Part shown: positions 28,912-39,008 of the stretch, piece by piece
How positions within the stretch are numbered: position 1 is the stretch's first letter
Layout of the letters: every line of letters starts with the position of its first letter
Assembly: GCA_965367815.1 (NCBI GenBank)
Contig: CBDUKN010000012.1
Location: 11,595-75,594, forward strand
Origin: an uncultured Thermoprotei archaeon
GTDB taxonomy: Archaea; Thermoproteota; Thermoprotei; Thermofilales; B15-G2
Length of the DNA stretch: 64,000 bases
Direction of reading: 5' to 3'
Made by a program: the position numbers and the translations under genes
The notes under the pieces: model-generated
The model's input: the letters and a program-made list of their open reading frames with translations, nothing else
What the model was told of the DNA's origin: nothing
The model's database searches: none

Positions 28912-30227
28912 GTCTCAATATACTTTAATTCAAGAATTCTCGCAAGTATCTTGAGATATTTTCTCAAGTCTCCGTAGGCTAAAGCATAGTGCTGACTCAT
29001 AACGTTCTCTATAAAAGCCTCGACATCTCCTTTGAGCTCTACTTCAGCTGCAGGAAATAGCCTTTGCCTCAGCTCAGTCTCCACTACTTCACCTAACGCG
29101 ACATGGAGCCTGTACTCCCCTGCAACAAGCCCTATTCTAGCTAAAGTTACTTCACCTTTCTTGAGAACTATGCCGCTTCTGAGACCTTTGAAAAAGTACT
29201 TGTGCCTGCCTATACCCATTGTTTTCTCAGCCGAAAGCGTTAGTGGAGCAAATCCACAGCTGGATAAATAGACCTTGTTTCCTCTAATGTCTACTAAGTC
29301 TCCATAATAAATAGGCTGATTTGTCAAGTAATGTAACATAAGCATAGTAAGTGTCAGCAGAACATCACCTTCACAGGAAGAAACTACTCCCTCGTCAGCT
29401 AGCACTGATAGAGGAACACAAGGTACGAAACCCAAGTCCTTAGAAAATTCGTACTGACACTTGACTGTAATTGAAGATAATTTATATTTTTCAACAAGAT
29501 TTCTTAGCGCAATATAGATTTTAGCAGCATTCACTAAATCTTCTTCACTCACATCACTTTCAATAAAGTACTTCTTACGCCAACTATCAGCAACGCTCGA
29601 TGCTTCAGTTGCCTTAACTCCACTCATTTCTTTAAAGACTTCAGAAGTATCTATGTGCACTACATCTACTCCAAATACTTTTCTAAGAGAAAATGGATCA
29701 AACATTGCTGTGTACATTCCCATGGAAGCATAGCCTACAAGCCCTATTTTAGCTTCCCTGATTTTTCTAACAGCACTTGAAGCTAAGCAAATAGTGTAGA
29801 CTTTATCAATAGTAGCTGGTTCATTAGGCATGCCTACTACGAAAAACGGTTTAAGCCCAATAGCCTCTAAGCTTGCTTTAAGCACTGAAGCGCCCGGAAG
29901 AGACCCTGTAGACTCTCTTTTACCATTTTCATAGTACATTCTTAGACCCCATACAACTAACGGATAATGAGAAAGCTCCAGTGCCAATGAAACAGCATTT
30001 GGAGCCTCAGTCCACGTAGCCACGAAAAATACAATAGAGTCTGGTCTATACGAAGTAATACTCTTCACTGCTCCTTCTACACAGCTTTTTTCACAGACTT
30101 CTTGACACAGCAAAACATTAATGTCTTTTTCTCTAAGCCTACTGACAGCCTCTTTAACGAATCTTTTAGCTACGTCAAACGGGTAATCAGAGTGATAAAG
30201 AGGAACAAATGCTACTTTAATTCCCAC
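28908..30227 (-). CDS. L-fucose/L-arabinose isomerase family protein
   Basis: KCQ.E...PC, SCEGD and QHYALAYGD motifs. Confidence 0.8.
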   Translation of the reverse strand: MGIKVAFVPLYHSDYPFDVAKRFVKEAVSRLREKDINVLLCQEVCEKSCVEGAVKSITSYRPDSIVFFVATWTEAPNAVSLALELSHYPLVVWGLRMYYENGKRESTGSLPGASVLKASLEAIGLKPFFVVGMPNEPATIDKVYTICLASSAVRKIREAKIGLVGYASMGMYTAMFDPFSLRKVFGVDVVHIDTSEVFKEMSGVKATEASSVADSWRKKYFIESDVSEEDLVNAAKIYIALRNLVEKYKLSSITVKCQYEFSKDLGFVPCVPLSVLADEGVVSSCEGDVLLTLTMLMLHYLTNQPIYYGDLVDIRGNKVYLSSCGFAPLTLSAEKTMGIGRHKYFFKGLRSGIVLKKGEVTLARIGLVAGEYRLHVALGEVVETELRQRLFPAAEVELKGDVEAFIENVMSQHYALAYGDLRKYLKILARILELKYIET

Positions 30228-30248
30228 GTATGATTTAGCTACTGCACT

Positions 30249-30256
30249 TATTTAAA
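30249..30256 (-). promoter_or_regulatory. TATA box, consistent with a leaderless transcript of the isomerase gene
   Basis: Minus-strand CAAAGT-TTTAAATA ending 22 nt upstream of the GTG at 30227. Confidence 0.55.
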
Positions 30257-30316
30257 ACTTTGTAACTGATAAACTATGTACTAAAGTTTTCGAGAAAATA
30301 ACACTGAAATACTAGT

Positions 30317-31108
30317 CTACTCGCCTGACTTGAGTATCTCGAGTGCTTCCTCAAAGCTCTTACCGTCCTTGACTATAGCCTTTATAGCCTTCATCATGAG
30401 CTCTGGGCGCTCATGCTGAAACACGTTTCTGCCTATACAGACTCCGGCAGCTCCAGCTTCAATAGCTTTCTCCACCATCTTCAAAACATAATTGGGGCTT
30501 TTCTTCGAGCCGCCCGCTATCACGACGGGTACTGGACACACATCGACAACTTCTTCGAAGGGCTCGGCGTAAATAGTTTTAATTATATCGGCTCCTAGTT
30601 CAGCTCCAACTCTGATAGCTATTTTTACTGCCTCTACTTCTTCACCTAAAGTTTCTGTAGGAAGACACTCGCCTAGTACAGGTACTCCCCAGGCATCGCA
30701 CACGTCGACTAGTTCTCCAAAAAACTTTATTGCCTCATTGTAGTTTTCTCCGCCAACGTATAGCGTAAAAGCTACAGCATCGGCTCCGAGCAGTAACGCC
30801 TCCTCGACACTCGAAATAATTGTTTCAAAAGAAGTTTCTCGAGGCACATAGAGTGCCCCGGAGACTCTTAGTATGAAACCTAGTTTCTTCGCACACTTAG
30901 AAAGCTCGCTGCTATACTTCTTCAAAAGCCCTTTATGCAGAAGAATAGAGTCGGCACCGCACTTGACGCCGAGCTCAATAACTTTCCACGCGTCTTCAAC
31001 GCCTTTAATAGGCCCCATGTAGCCTCCATGGTCTATAGGAAAAATAATACTCTTACCGTTCTCCAAATCAAGTACTCTCCCCAATCTTATTCTCTTTCCA
31101 TAGCTCAT
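30317..31108 (-). CDS. Class I aldolase (FbaB/LsrF/DhnA-like)
   Basis: PIDHG, AELGADIIKT, PVVIAGG and GRNVFQ motifs. Confidence 0.9.
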   Translation of the reverse strand: MSYGKRIRLGRVLDLENGKSIIFPIDHGGYMGPIKGVEDAWKVIELGVKCGADSILLHKGLLKKYSSELSKCAKKLGFILRVSGALYVPRETSFETIISSVEEALLLGADAVAFTLYVGGENYNEAIKFFGELVDVCDAWGVPVLGECLPTETLGEEVEAVKIAIRVGAELGADIIKTIYAEPFEEVVDVCPVPVVIAGGSKKSPNYVLKMVEKAIEAGAAGVCIGRNVFQHERPELMMKAIKAIVKDGKSFEEALEILKSGE

Positions 31109-31191
31109 TTATTCACCATACTATTAAACATGCTTCAGTACATATAATTAAGCACACTAAGTTATTTTACTGTTCGAAGAACTATCTAAAC

Positions 31192-32001
31192 GTGAAAAAA
31201 ATACTCTTATGGGAAATGACTTGGGAAGAAGCCAAAAAACACGTTAAAGAAAACAGCCTAGTAATAGTTCCTGTAGGCTCTTTTGAAGAACATGGGCCAC
31301 ACTTACCTCTATCAACAGACTCAATTATCGTAGAAGAAGTAGCCAAGAAAGCCGCAGCAAAACTCTCAGAAGAGATACCTGTAGTCGTAGCACCAACAAT
31401 ATTCTTCGGCTATGAATCACCTAATGTAAGAAAATACCCGGGAACAATATCGCTTAGAATAGAGACTTTCATTAACCTGGTATACGACTACTTATGTAGC
31501 CTAATAGACCATGGGTTTAAAAGAATTCTAGTTATTAACGGCCACGGACAAAACTACGGCGCTCTGAGAGTAGCCTTAAGAAAAATATACGAAGACAAAG
31601 GAGCCCCAGTAGCACTAATACCCCTGTGTCTTTCACTAGCTAAACCAGTAGCCGAAAAATATAGGAAGTCCAAGTTAGGTGGAATAATGCACGCAGGCGA
31701 ACTCGAAACATCGCTAATGCTCGTACTGAGAGAAAACCTCGTTGATTTAAGTAAGGCAGTAAAAGAAATATCTAAACCGCCTTCAACAATACTTACGGCA
31801 GACCTCACAGCCCCAGGTAAAATATTCTTAACTACTTGGAGCTACTGGAAAACAAGAAAAGGAGCACTAGGAGACCCAACTAAAGCAACAAAAATATTTG
31901 GCGAAAAAGCCTTAGAGAAAATCGTCGAAGAAATATACATAATAGCTAAAGAACTATACACTAAAGTATTCCCAACAATAGAGGGAAACCTTAAACATTA
32001 G
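31192..32001 (+). CDS. Creatininase family amidohydrolase
   Basis: PVGSFEEHGPHLPL.TD, NGHGQN and HAGELETS motifs. Confidence 0.9.
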   Translation: MKKILLWEMTWEEAKKHVKENSLVIVPVGSFEEHGPHLPLSTDSIIVEEVAKKAAAKLSEEIPVVVAPTIFFGYESPNVRKYPGTISLRIETFINLVYDYLCSLIDHGFKRILVINGHGQNYGALRVALRKIYEDKGAPVALIPLCLSLAKPVAEKYRKSKLGGIMHAGELETSLMLVLRENLVDLSKAVKEISKPPSTILTADLTAPGKIFLTTWSYWKTRKGALGDPTKATKIFGEKALEKIVEEIYIIAKELYTKVFPTIEGNLKH

Positions 32002-32076
32002 TAAACTAGTTTCCGACGAGTTATAGTAGTTCTTTCTAGCTCCTCGAAGCTTTTTCTAAAACTTAGATTAAAGTCG

Positions 32077-32508
32077 GTGTTCAAAAAGAGTATATTAATT
32101 ATTAGTATTTTTCTTAAAAATATGGCTTCTTGTGACAATCTTTTAGCGTTATCTCAAATACTAGCTTACTCTATGTATAAGCTGAGCTCTAGCTCAATTA
32201 AAATAGCTATAATAGGTTCCTTGAACAAAAAGATCTCAGCTAAATTAACTAAAGTACTACAAGATATTAAAGTTAAAGCAGAAGTTTGCTTACATTTTAA
32301 TGAGGGTAATTTAAAGGATATTGACATTATTTATCTAGATTACTCAGACGCTGGTCTACTCCTAAAGAAGTTATCCAATACTGGTCAGGTAAATCGATCG
32401 CAGTTCTCTGCAATGCTTTTTCTAAAATTTATACCAGATCCTACTGTACTCAAAAATATTAGTGGTAGCAGATATGCTAAAGCTATTTGCCTCTCAACTA
32501 CGGTATAG
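32077..32508 (+). CDS. Hypothetical or degenerate protein
   Basis: 143-aa ORF; KIAIIG and DIDIIYLD suggest a Rossmann-like fragment; coding status uncertain. Confidence 0.3.
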   Translation: MFKKSILIISIFLKNMASCDNLLALSQILAYSMYKLSSSSIKIAIIGSLNKKISAKLTKVLQDIKVKAEVCLHFNEGNLKDIDIIYLDYSDAGLLLKKLSNTGQVNRSQFSAMLFLKFIPDPTVLKNISGSRYAKAICLSTTV

Positions 32509-32519
32509 TATTGTTGTCT

Positions 32520-33097
32520 AAGAAAACTTACGATAAAGAATTTTTGAATAAACAGTTGAAGTTTATCGTGAATCATTTATTCAGGGACTAAAAACAGTTC
32601 ACTATAATACGGCTTATTTCCTTTATATTCTATGTCGAAGTGTTGTCGGAAAAGCCCAAACAGAGTTATTGTTGAAGTAGGTACTGGTAGAGATTTTTCG
32701 ACAATATAGTTAGCTAAGGCTGCTAAAAACATTGGAGGAAAGATATATTCTTTTGGCATTAAGTCTGATATAATTGAATAGCTAAAAGAATTTTAAAGGA
32801 CCTCGAACTCAGTAGCGTATGTGAAATTACCTGTAGTGGCGCTAAAAGGTATTCAATTAAAGAAGATATAACACTTCTGTTTATCGACGGTCTTAAAGAA
32901 GAATACTTTGATTACCTCAAGTTTTTGAAGATAAGCTAATTGAAGGCTCGCTAGTCTTAGCTCATAACACTATATCTCATTCCTATAAAATGACAAATTA
33001 CATCAAGGAAGTCTATAGTAAATTTTGTCACTTACAACCATGACTAATCCAAGAGGTATTACTTTAAGCACTAAATTAGTGAAAATAGCTAGCTAAC
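32520..33097 (+). pseudogene. Decayed O-methyltransferase (class I SAM); boundaries approximate
   Basis: Fragments EVGTGRDFSTI*LAKAAKNIGGKIYSF, FIDGLKEEYFDYLK and KLIEGSLVLAHNTISH in different frames; TAG at 32707-32709. Confidence 0.75.
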
Positions 33098-33140
33098 ACT
33101 TTTATAACTGTATATTAGATTTCTATATAGGTATGATATT

Positions 33141-33518
33141 ATGTGTAACATAGAGACATTTAATCACAGTCACCATAATCCTAGACGTACAGTCTCAGAT
33201 CACCCTTTAAGAGGACTACTTAGTCTAGCTATTATGTGTCTAATTAAACAGAAGCCTACTTACGGGAGCGAAATATACCAGAATCTTAAAGAAAAATTCG
33301 GAATAAATGCTCCTCGTCCCCTAATATATACTCTGCTTAGGAGACTTGAAAGAAACGGCTTCATTACATCTACTTGGGAAATGCCTGAAAGCGGCCCTGC
33401 TAGAAGAATCTATAGAATAACAGAAGAAGGCTTGGATGTATTAAAAGACTCTGCTGTTAAACTGAAAAAAGTTATACCGCTTATAGAAAAAATAATAAAA
33501 GCTATTGAAGAAGAATAA
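33141..33518 (+). CDS. PadR family transcriptional regulator
   Basis: LRGLL...YGSEI...IYTLLRRLE..G.I.S.W...GPARRIYRITEEG. Confidence 0.9.
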   Translation: MCNIETFNHSHHNPRRTVSDHPLRGLLSLAIMCLIKQKPTYGSEIYQNLKEKFGINAPRPLIYTLLRRLERNGFITSTWEMPESGPARRIYRITEEGLDVLKDSAVKLKKVIPLIEKIIKAIEEE

Positions 33519-33569
33519 TTTAAATAAAAACTATAATTTCATTATTAATTTGCATGCTGTTACTTCCGT

Positions 33570-33905
33570 TTAATACTCCTGTGGTGGAGGAAGATACTGC
33601 GGTGCTGGCGGAGACATCGTAGTGGTCTGATAGTATCCTATTCTTCCTAACTCGTCTACTGACACTTTTATTAAAGACGCTATTGAACCTAAGCCCATTA
33701 TAATCAGCGACACAATTACAGTTATTACTCCTACTATGAAAGCTAATCCTCCTAAGCCTTCAGCAATATTGTATAGAAATGGTACGTAAGCTGTCCCCAT
33801 TAAGCCTACTCCGATAAAGAGTAGTACTCCTCCTACAATGTACCACAGTATTGAGTATACTATAGCCTTGATCGCTAACACGAATGCTCTTCCCCAACTT
33901 ATCAT
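33570..33905 (-). CDS. Small 2-TM membrane protein with Pro-rich tail
   Basis: Two hydrophobic helices; C-terminal SPPAPQYLPPPQEY. Confidence 0.7.
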   Translation of the reverse strand: MISWGRAFVLAIKAIVYSILWYIVGGVLLFIGVGLMGTAYVPFLYNIAEGLGGLAFIVGVITVIVSLIIMGLGSIASLIKVSVDELGRIGYYQTTTMSPPAPQYLPPPQEY

Positions 33906-34205
33906 TTAATTCACTCTAATCAGTAAAAGACTAATAAGTATATAAGTTTTTCCTAAATTAAATTAGAGTAATCAATAAAAATAGAAAGTATTCGTTTCTT
34001 TAAAATAATATATTTTATTTTATATTCAATTAATATACGATTTTTTCTTTCCATAAACTATTATGTTAGAAATAATCAAGTTTAAGTATATTTTAACTAA
34101 TCTTTAAGTTAATTAGTGTTTGAGAGAACGTCTTCTTCTTTCTAAAAGTATTAATATGTATCAAACTAGATTACCTATTTATTTTACTTAAGAATAGCTT
34201 TTTAT

Positions 34206-35450
34206 GTGGGGGTACTACGTGATGTCAGAAGTGAGCTCCCCTGCTTAAAAAATCCTATTTCGCTGCTTATAGATGATTGGTCTATAGGTTACGTTGGTGA
34301 AGGCAGAGGAACCATAGAGGACACCAAGTTTGAGAAATGCTACGAGTTTGCCAAAGACTTAGTGAAACTTGGCGCTTTAGGTGTCCGCGGAAAGCTCACT
34401 TTATTACCTTATGTAACTAAACCTGAAGGCAATACATATCGTGTCTTAGGTAGAATTGATAAAGGCATTGAGGGTATTCCCTCGCAAAAGCTACTCGAAG
34501 TTCTTTCTCTTGTTAAGGGAGAGCTTATGAAATACTTTGATATTACACCAGAGCTGCTCACGCATACTCTAGCTTTAGATATCGAGACTGGCACTTTAAT
34601 AAATGAGTCTGAGTGGGAGTGGTCTAATAAACAGGATCTTAAGACTTTAACTAAGTATATTGCGCACGGACTTCAAGTTTTGAGAAATGTAGGTATTGTA
34701 GCTAGTGGCATTACCTGTCCATGTGACTTTGGTAAAGAGGTAGAAGGTATTTTAGCTAAAGCTATTTTAGAAGCAGAAAAAATAGTAAATAATATTACGC
34801 TGACATGGTATTTTCTCCACATGCAGTCGAGGCGCATTGGCTGGGACGGCTCATCGGTAAATCCGAGACTAATGTACCTCAATGAAGAAAGTAAAGAAGC
34901 TGTTGTAAGCATAATTAGCGGCTCAGCAGAATACATTAACCAGAAGACTATAGACTCTGTAGGTCCTGACCCCGAGCGGCTAGCTGACCAATGGATTACA
35001 GCAGACGGTGAAAAAGGGCGGCTAGCTGAACTACTTAAAAATAAAGCATATATTATTTTCCATATTCATTGGTATAATTCTCATGGTAGAGACGATAAAG
35101 TAGGCTTCTTTGCTCTAAAGGAACTTGCTTCAAGAATAAGAGACCTGTGGGCAAATAAAGTTATCTGGATGAAATGTAGCGAGCTAGCTAGATACTTTAC
35201 AGCGAGTAAAACTTGGAAAGCTGAAGTTGCAGGAAGTCGAATAATTTTGTCTAGTCCCTTCCACTGTCCTCTTTTCACTATAAGCTTTGCTGTAGATAGA
35301 GAAGTGAAATATATTAAGGTCAATGGAAAGAAACTTAAAAAGAAGGAAAAGCCTCCTTTAGAGAAGTGTTCATGGACTGCTATGGGAGATAGAGTTTACT
35401 TATGCTTCAATTTGACTGAGAGGACAATAGTAGATATAACATTCAAGTAA
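34206..35450 (+). CDS. Uncharacterised protein, possibly polysaccharide-deacetylase-like barrel
   Basis: PISLLIDD, ITPELLTH, GITCP..FG, HW and WMKCSELARY; 414 aa. Confidence 0.55.
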   Translation: MGVLRDVRSELPCLKNPISLLIDDWSIGYVGEGRGTIEDTKFEKCYEFAKDLVKLGALGVRGKLTLLPYVTKPEGNTYRVLGRIDKGIEGIPSQKLLEVLSLVKGELMKYFDITPELLTHTLALDIETGTLINESEWEWSNKQDLKTLTKYIAHGLQVLRNVGIVASGITCPCDFGKEVEGILAKAILEAEKIVNNITLTWYFLHMQSRRIGWDGSSVNPRLMYLNEESKEAVVSIISGSAEYINQKTIDSVGPDPERLADQWITADGEKGRLAELLKNKAYIIFHIHWYNSHGRDDKVGFFALKELASRIRDLWANKVIWMKCSELARYFTASKTWKAEVAGSRIILSSPFHCPLFTISFAVDREVKYIKVNGKKLKKKEKPPLEKCSWTAMGDRVYLCFNLTERTIVDITFK

Positions 35451-35522
35451 GTATTATAATATATCTTAGTACTTAAACATAGACATTACAATAAGTCAAA
35501 GTTTGCAAAAGATTAATATAAT

Positions 35523-36293
35523 CTACTCTAGGCTTATTCTCGCTAACAGTCCTGCGTGGTCTGACGGATATATTCCTTGTGTGTTTGCTTTATTGCAAAT
35601 AACTTTACAGTCTAGTATTTTAAGTCGAGGATCTACGAAAATATAGTCTATCCGCAGAGATGATTCAGGAAGCTTAAAAGTATACCCTTTCTCACTTGAC
35701 CTTGCTTCTTCCCACGCGTCTTTAAAACTCAGTTTTATTTCATTTATTTCTTTTAGTCCTTTCATAAACTGTATTACTGGTTCATGAGGCTCTTCATTGA
35801 AATCTCCTACTATAATGGTAGGTAGTTCTTTTCCATACTTCTTGATGAAACTCGCTAGCTCTTTAGCTTCGATAAGTCTGTCTGGCGGGTACGTGGACAA
35901 ATGTACTGTCACAAAGAATATTTTCTTTCCTTGTACTTCAATAACTGCTCCTAGAATTGGTCTAGGATGAGGATTTACTTCCGCGCTGTAAGTTAGATCT
36001 TCTTCACTTACTTCTAGCACAGGATACTTGCTTAAAATAGCTAAACCTGCTTTAACTTTCTCTGCTCCAGGAGGCCTTCTTAAGCAGCACACAGCTCTAT
36101 ATTCAGGAAGAATGTGCGCGAGCTGCTCTGCTTGATTTCTGCCTTCTTCGTCTAGCTCAGGGTCACTTGTTACCTCCTGTAAGCCAATAATGTCAGGAGA
36201 ATACTTTTTAATTTCATTTAGAATGAGTTCTCTTCTAGTTTTCCATGGAGAAGAATACCCCCAGATATTTAGTGTCATTACTTTAATTTCCAC
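35523..36293 (-). CDS. Endonuclease/exonuclease/phosphatase (EEP) family protein
   Basis: TLNI, DIIGLQEV, GDFN, RIDYIF and SDH motifs. Confidence 0.9.
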   Translation of the reverse strand: MEIKVMTLNIWGYSSPWKTRRELILNEIKKYSPDIIGLQEVTSDPELDEEGRNQAEQLAHILPEYRAVCCLRRPPGAEKVKAGLAILSKYPVLEVSEEDLTYSAEVNPHPRPILGAVIEVQGKKIFFVTVHLSTYPPDRLIEAKELASFIKKYGKELPTIIVGDFNEEPHEPVIQFMKGLKEINEIKLSFKDAWEEARSSEKGYTFKLPESSLRIDYIFVDPRLKILDCKVICNKANTQGIYPSDHAGLLARISLE

Positions 36294-36323
36294 AATAGTT
36301 TTTAATAAAGACAGTATAAATGA

Positions 36324-37013
36324 CTATGTTTGCCGAGGCTTGTACACTATCCACTCTAGTCGTCTTACTCCAGCCTCAATTAAGTCTAGTAAATTAAGCT
36401 CCTTAACTCTCTTTGTACTCCTACTAGTTAACACAAGTAGTATACTGAATCCTATTTTCTCGAGCATTGTCTTAAGCACTTGAGGAGGATAGATAGTGAG
36501 TCTCAGCTTAAGCTCATCTACTTTAACTAAATTCTCGTCTACTTTTTTGTACAGTACTGCATAGTGGTCGAGAACATAGTCACTTACTTTCTTAACTTCT
36601 TCTAACTCAAAATAATTGTCATTATGCTTAATGATATGAACACCTTCTCTGAACTTTATTGGATAATCTAATATAAATATTCCATAGGGTTTTAAAGCAT
36701 TATAAATGTTTAATAAAACTCTTTGGTTTTCTTCATGTGAAAAATATCCAAATGAAGTATACCAAGAGACCACTACATCAAATTCTTCGACATAATCCAC
36801 TTCTCTCATGTCTTTAACCACATAGTACTCCTTAAATCCCCTGTTCCTCTTTTTGGCTAACTCAATGAGCTCTTTAGACACATCAACACCATATACCTCG
36901 AAGCCTTCTTCTCGCCAATACTTGTGATGGCGTCCTATGCCGCACGCTAAGTCGAGTATTTTCTTGTATTTTACGCCAAGCTTCTTTTCAGCTAATTTTA
37001 TGAGAAAAAGCAC
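36324..37013 (-). CDS. Class I SAM methyltransferase; N-terminus possibly cut by an in-frame TAG at 37059-37061 (upstream ATG at 37085)
   Basis: ILDLACGIGRH, GVDVS, DMR and SFGYF motifs; upstream frame reads MNESKVYL*HIDYPEEANFIEAHYVLFL. Confidence 0.8.
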   Translation of the reverse strand: MLFLIKLAEKKLGVKYKKILDLACGIGRHHKYWREEGFEVYGVDVSKELIELAKKRNRGFKEYYVVKDMREVDYVEEFDVVVSWYTSFGYFSHEENQRVLLNIYNALKPYGIFILDYPIKFREGVHIIKHNDNYFELEEVKKVSDYVLDHYAVLYKKVDENLVKVDELKLRLTIYPPQVLKTMLEKIGFSILLVLTSRSTKRVKELNLLDLIEAGVRRLEWIVYKPRQT

Positions 37014-37226
37014 ATAGTGAGCTTCAATAAAATTGGCTTCTTCAGGATAATCTATATGCTATAAGTATACTTTACTTTCATTCATAAAAATCAAATACTG
37101 CTATTTTAATATAAATTTTTGAAGAACTATATGTACTTAAGCTCTATAGGCACTTTTCTAGGCTTAAAGCTAATAATATTGCGGTCTACAATATTAGTTT
37201 ACGCATATATTAAATAGCCAATAATT

Positions 37227-38006
37227 TTATCTTTTTATTTTAAGTATATAGCTTGGCTGAGCCCCTCTTCCCTCTACTACTATTTTATTTGGTGTTACTG
37301 TTATTCTAGCATAAGATCCTGTAATTTTGTCGAGTTCCCACCAGCCCATACTATGTAAGCATATGTGGTGTGTTCCGTTTTCTTCGCGGTATCCGCCGTA
37401 GTGTGCGTCTCCGCTGAAAGTAGCTACTAGCCTATAGTCTCTAAATAATTCGAGTAATTCATCTTCATTGTCTATTCTAGGTTCATTACAGAAAATCGCT
37501 ATAGGGTAGTGACAAAAAACTACTATTGGTTTGTTTCTAGGTACTTTCTCCAAGTCTCCTTGAAGCCAGTCTAATTCTTGGCTCGGTATGTGCCCTGTAG
37601 GACCGCCGCTATTAGTATTAGGGCCCCATGCTGCATCAAGGAATATTATGTGGAGAAACTTTACGTCTATTGATTTCCACCAATAATTTATTCCTATTAT
37701 ACTAGTGTATTCTTCTCTAGTAAACGCGTCTAGATCATGGTTTCCAAAAACGTAGTATCTTGGAGCTTTGCACTGAGAATATACTTCATTTATTTCCTTT
37801 AATGCTTTCAAAGCTTCTGGCTTCTTGCAGCCAATAAAGTCTCCGAGCTCTACTACAATATCTGGGTTAAAGTCGCTATTCATGTCTTCTATAAACTTTC
37901 TGAGCCACTTTCTGATATCGAGAGGCCCCTGATGAACATCTGCAACAGCTCCTATTTTAACACAACTACCCCCACTTACCATACTATGGACTTCACTCAA
38001 ACACAC
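37227..38006 (-). CDS. Calcineurin-like metallophosphoesterase
   Basis: ADVH, GDF, GNHD, CHYP and SGDAH motifs. Confidence 0.9.
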   Translation of the reverse strand: MCLSEVHSMVSGGSCVKIGAVADVHQGPLDIRKWLRKFIEDMNSDFNPDIVVELGDFIGCKKPEALKALKEINEVYSQCKAPRYYVFGNHDLDAFTREEYTSIIGINYWWKSIDVKFLHIIFLDAAWGPNTNSGGPTGHIPSQELDWLQGDLEKVPRNKPIVVFCHYPIAIFCNEPRIDNEDELLELFRDYRLVATFSGDAHYGGYREENGTHHICLHSMGWWELDKITGSYARITVTPNKIVVEGRGAQPSYILKIKR

Positions 38007-38137
38007 TTTAACACATTATCCTCTATAACTAAAGATTTAAAATACATTCGCTTTCCAGTGAAGCTAAGTGTCGTTAATACTTGAATATGTTATATGTAAA
38101 GATTAGTAGTAGATTAAGTATAAATGCTTAAAACTTC

Positions 38138-38196
38138 TTGAAGAAAACATGGCTCTGAAGGTAATGATAGAGCTAAATCTTTGCCGAGTAGACTGA
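38138..38196 (+). ncRNA. Weak candidate C/D box sRNA
   Basis: Intergenic TTGAAGA, 10 nt, CTGA, 5 nt, ATGATAG, then CCGA or CTGA; boxes are degenerate. Confidence 0.2.
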
Positions 38197-38210
38197 ATTA
38201 AGGTAGCTGC

Positions 38211-39008
38211 TTATTCAATTAATCTATATTTCTTGAGAATATCAAGAACTCCTTTTCCACAGGAAAAGGGGGATACATAACCCCCTCTCCTTAAGACCAC
38301 TTCTTTTACTTCCTCTACTGCATTTGAAACTGTTGCTGGAATAAAGCCGTACTTGCTGTCAAGCATATCTAAGTCGTGTACACAGTCACCTACGCAGAGC
38401 ACTTCATTGTAGTCTATACGCCAGTAGTCTGCTAGTTCTCTAAGAGTCTCTCCTTTGCCTGCAGAAGACAGTATTACTTGAAGTAATGCCCATACTCTAC
38501 TACATTTTAGTTTCAAGCACTTTTCTCTTATTTTTTCATTCAAATACTTTTCTGCCCATCTAGCTTCTTCTGAGCTCTCGAATTTTAATCCAGCTAAGTG
38601 TCTTTCGCATGCAATTTCCTCGCTAACCCATATTTTTACATTAAATCCCCTTTCTTTAAGCTCTTTTTCAGTTTCTTCAAGGAGCTTCATTATTGAAGGT
38701 AGCAGGCGTTTCCATTCTCTTTCGATTTTAAGGTAGTGTTCAAGGTAAGGTCTGTAGCCTTTCTCTACAAGAAAATATATCTCCTGCTCATTAGCTATTA
38801 AAGCATGAGGAACTCCAGCGCAAGCTCCTAGCTTATTAGCATTCAAGTACTTTACTTGATCAGGAAGAGGTCTGCCTGAGGCTGTGGTTACCTTTACTCC
38901 CTTCTTAGAGAGCTTTATGAGAGCTTCTCTAAGCTCCGGTAATATTGTCTTGTCCCACTCTAACATAGTGCCGTCTAAATCTAGTGCAACTAGTTTAATT
39001 TTCGTCAT
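38211..39008 (-). CDS. HAD-superfamily subfamily IIB phosphatase
   Basis: DLDGT, ASGR, KG and GD..HDLDM motifs. Confidence 0.9.
   Translation of the reverse strand: MTKIKLVALDLDGTMLEWDKTILPELREALIKLSKKGVKVTTASGRPLPDQVKYLNANKLGACAGVPHALIANEQEIYFLVEKGYRPYLEHYLKIEREWKRLLPSIMKLLEETEKELKERGFNVKIWVSEEIACERHLAGLKFESSEEARWAEKYLNEKIREKCLKLKCSRVWALLQVILSSAGKGETLRELADYWRIDYNEVLCVGDCVHDLDMLDSKYGFIPATVSNAVEEVKEVVLRRGGYVSPFSCGKGVLDILKKYRLIE

Noticed and set aside
32577-32759. 60-aa - strand ORF (and 32385-32576)
   Set aside because: Antisense shadows of the decayed O-methyltransferase region.
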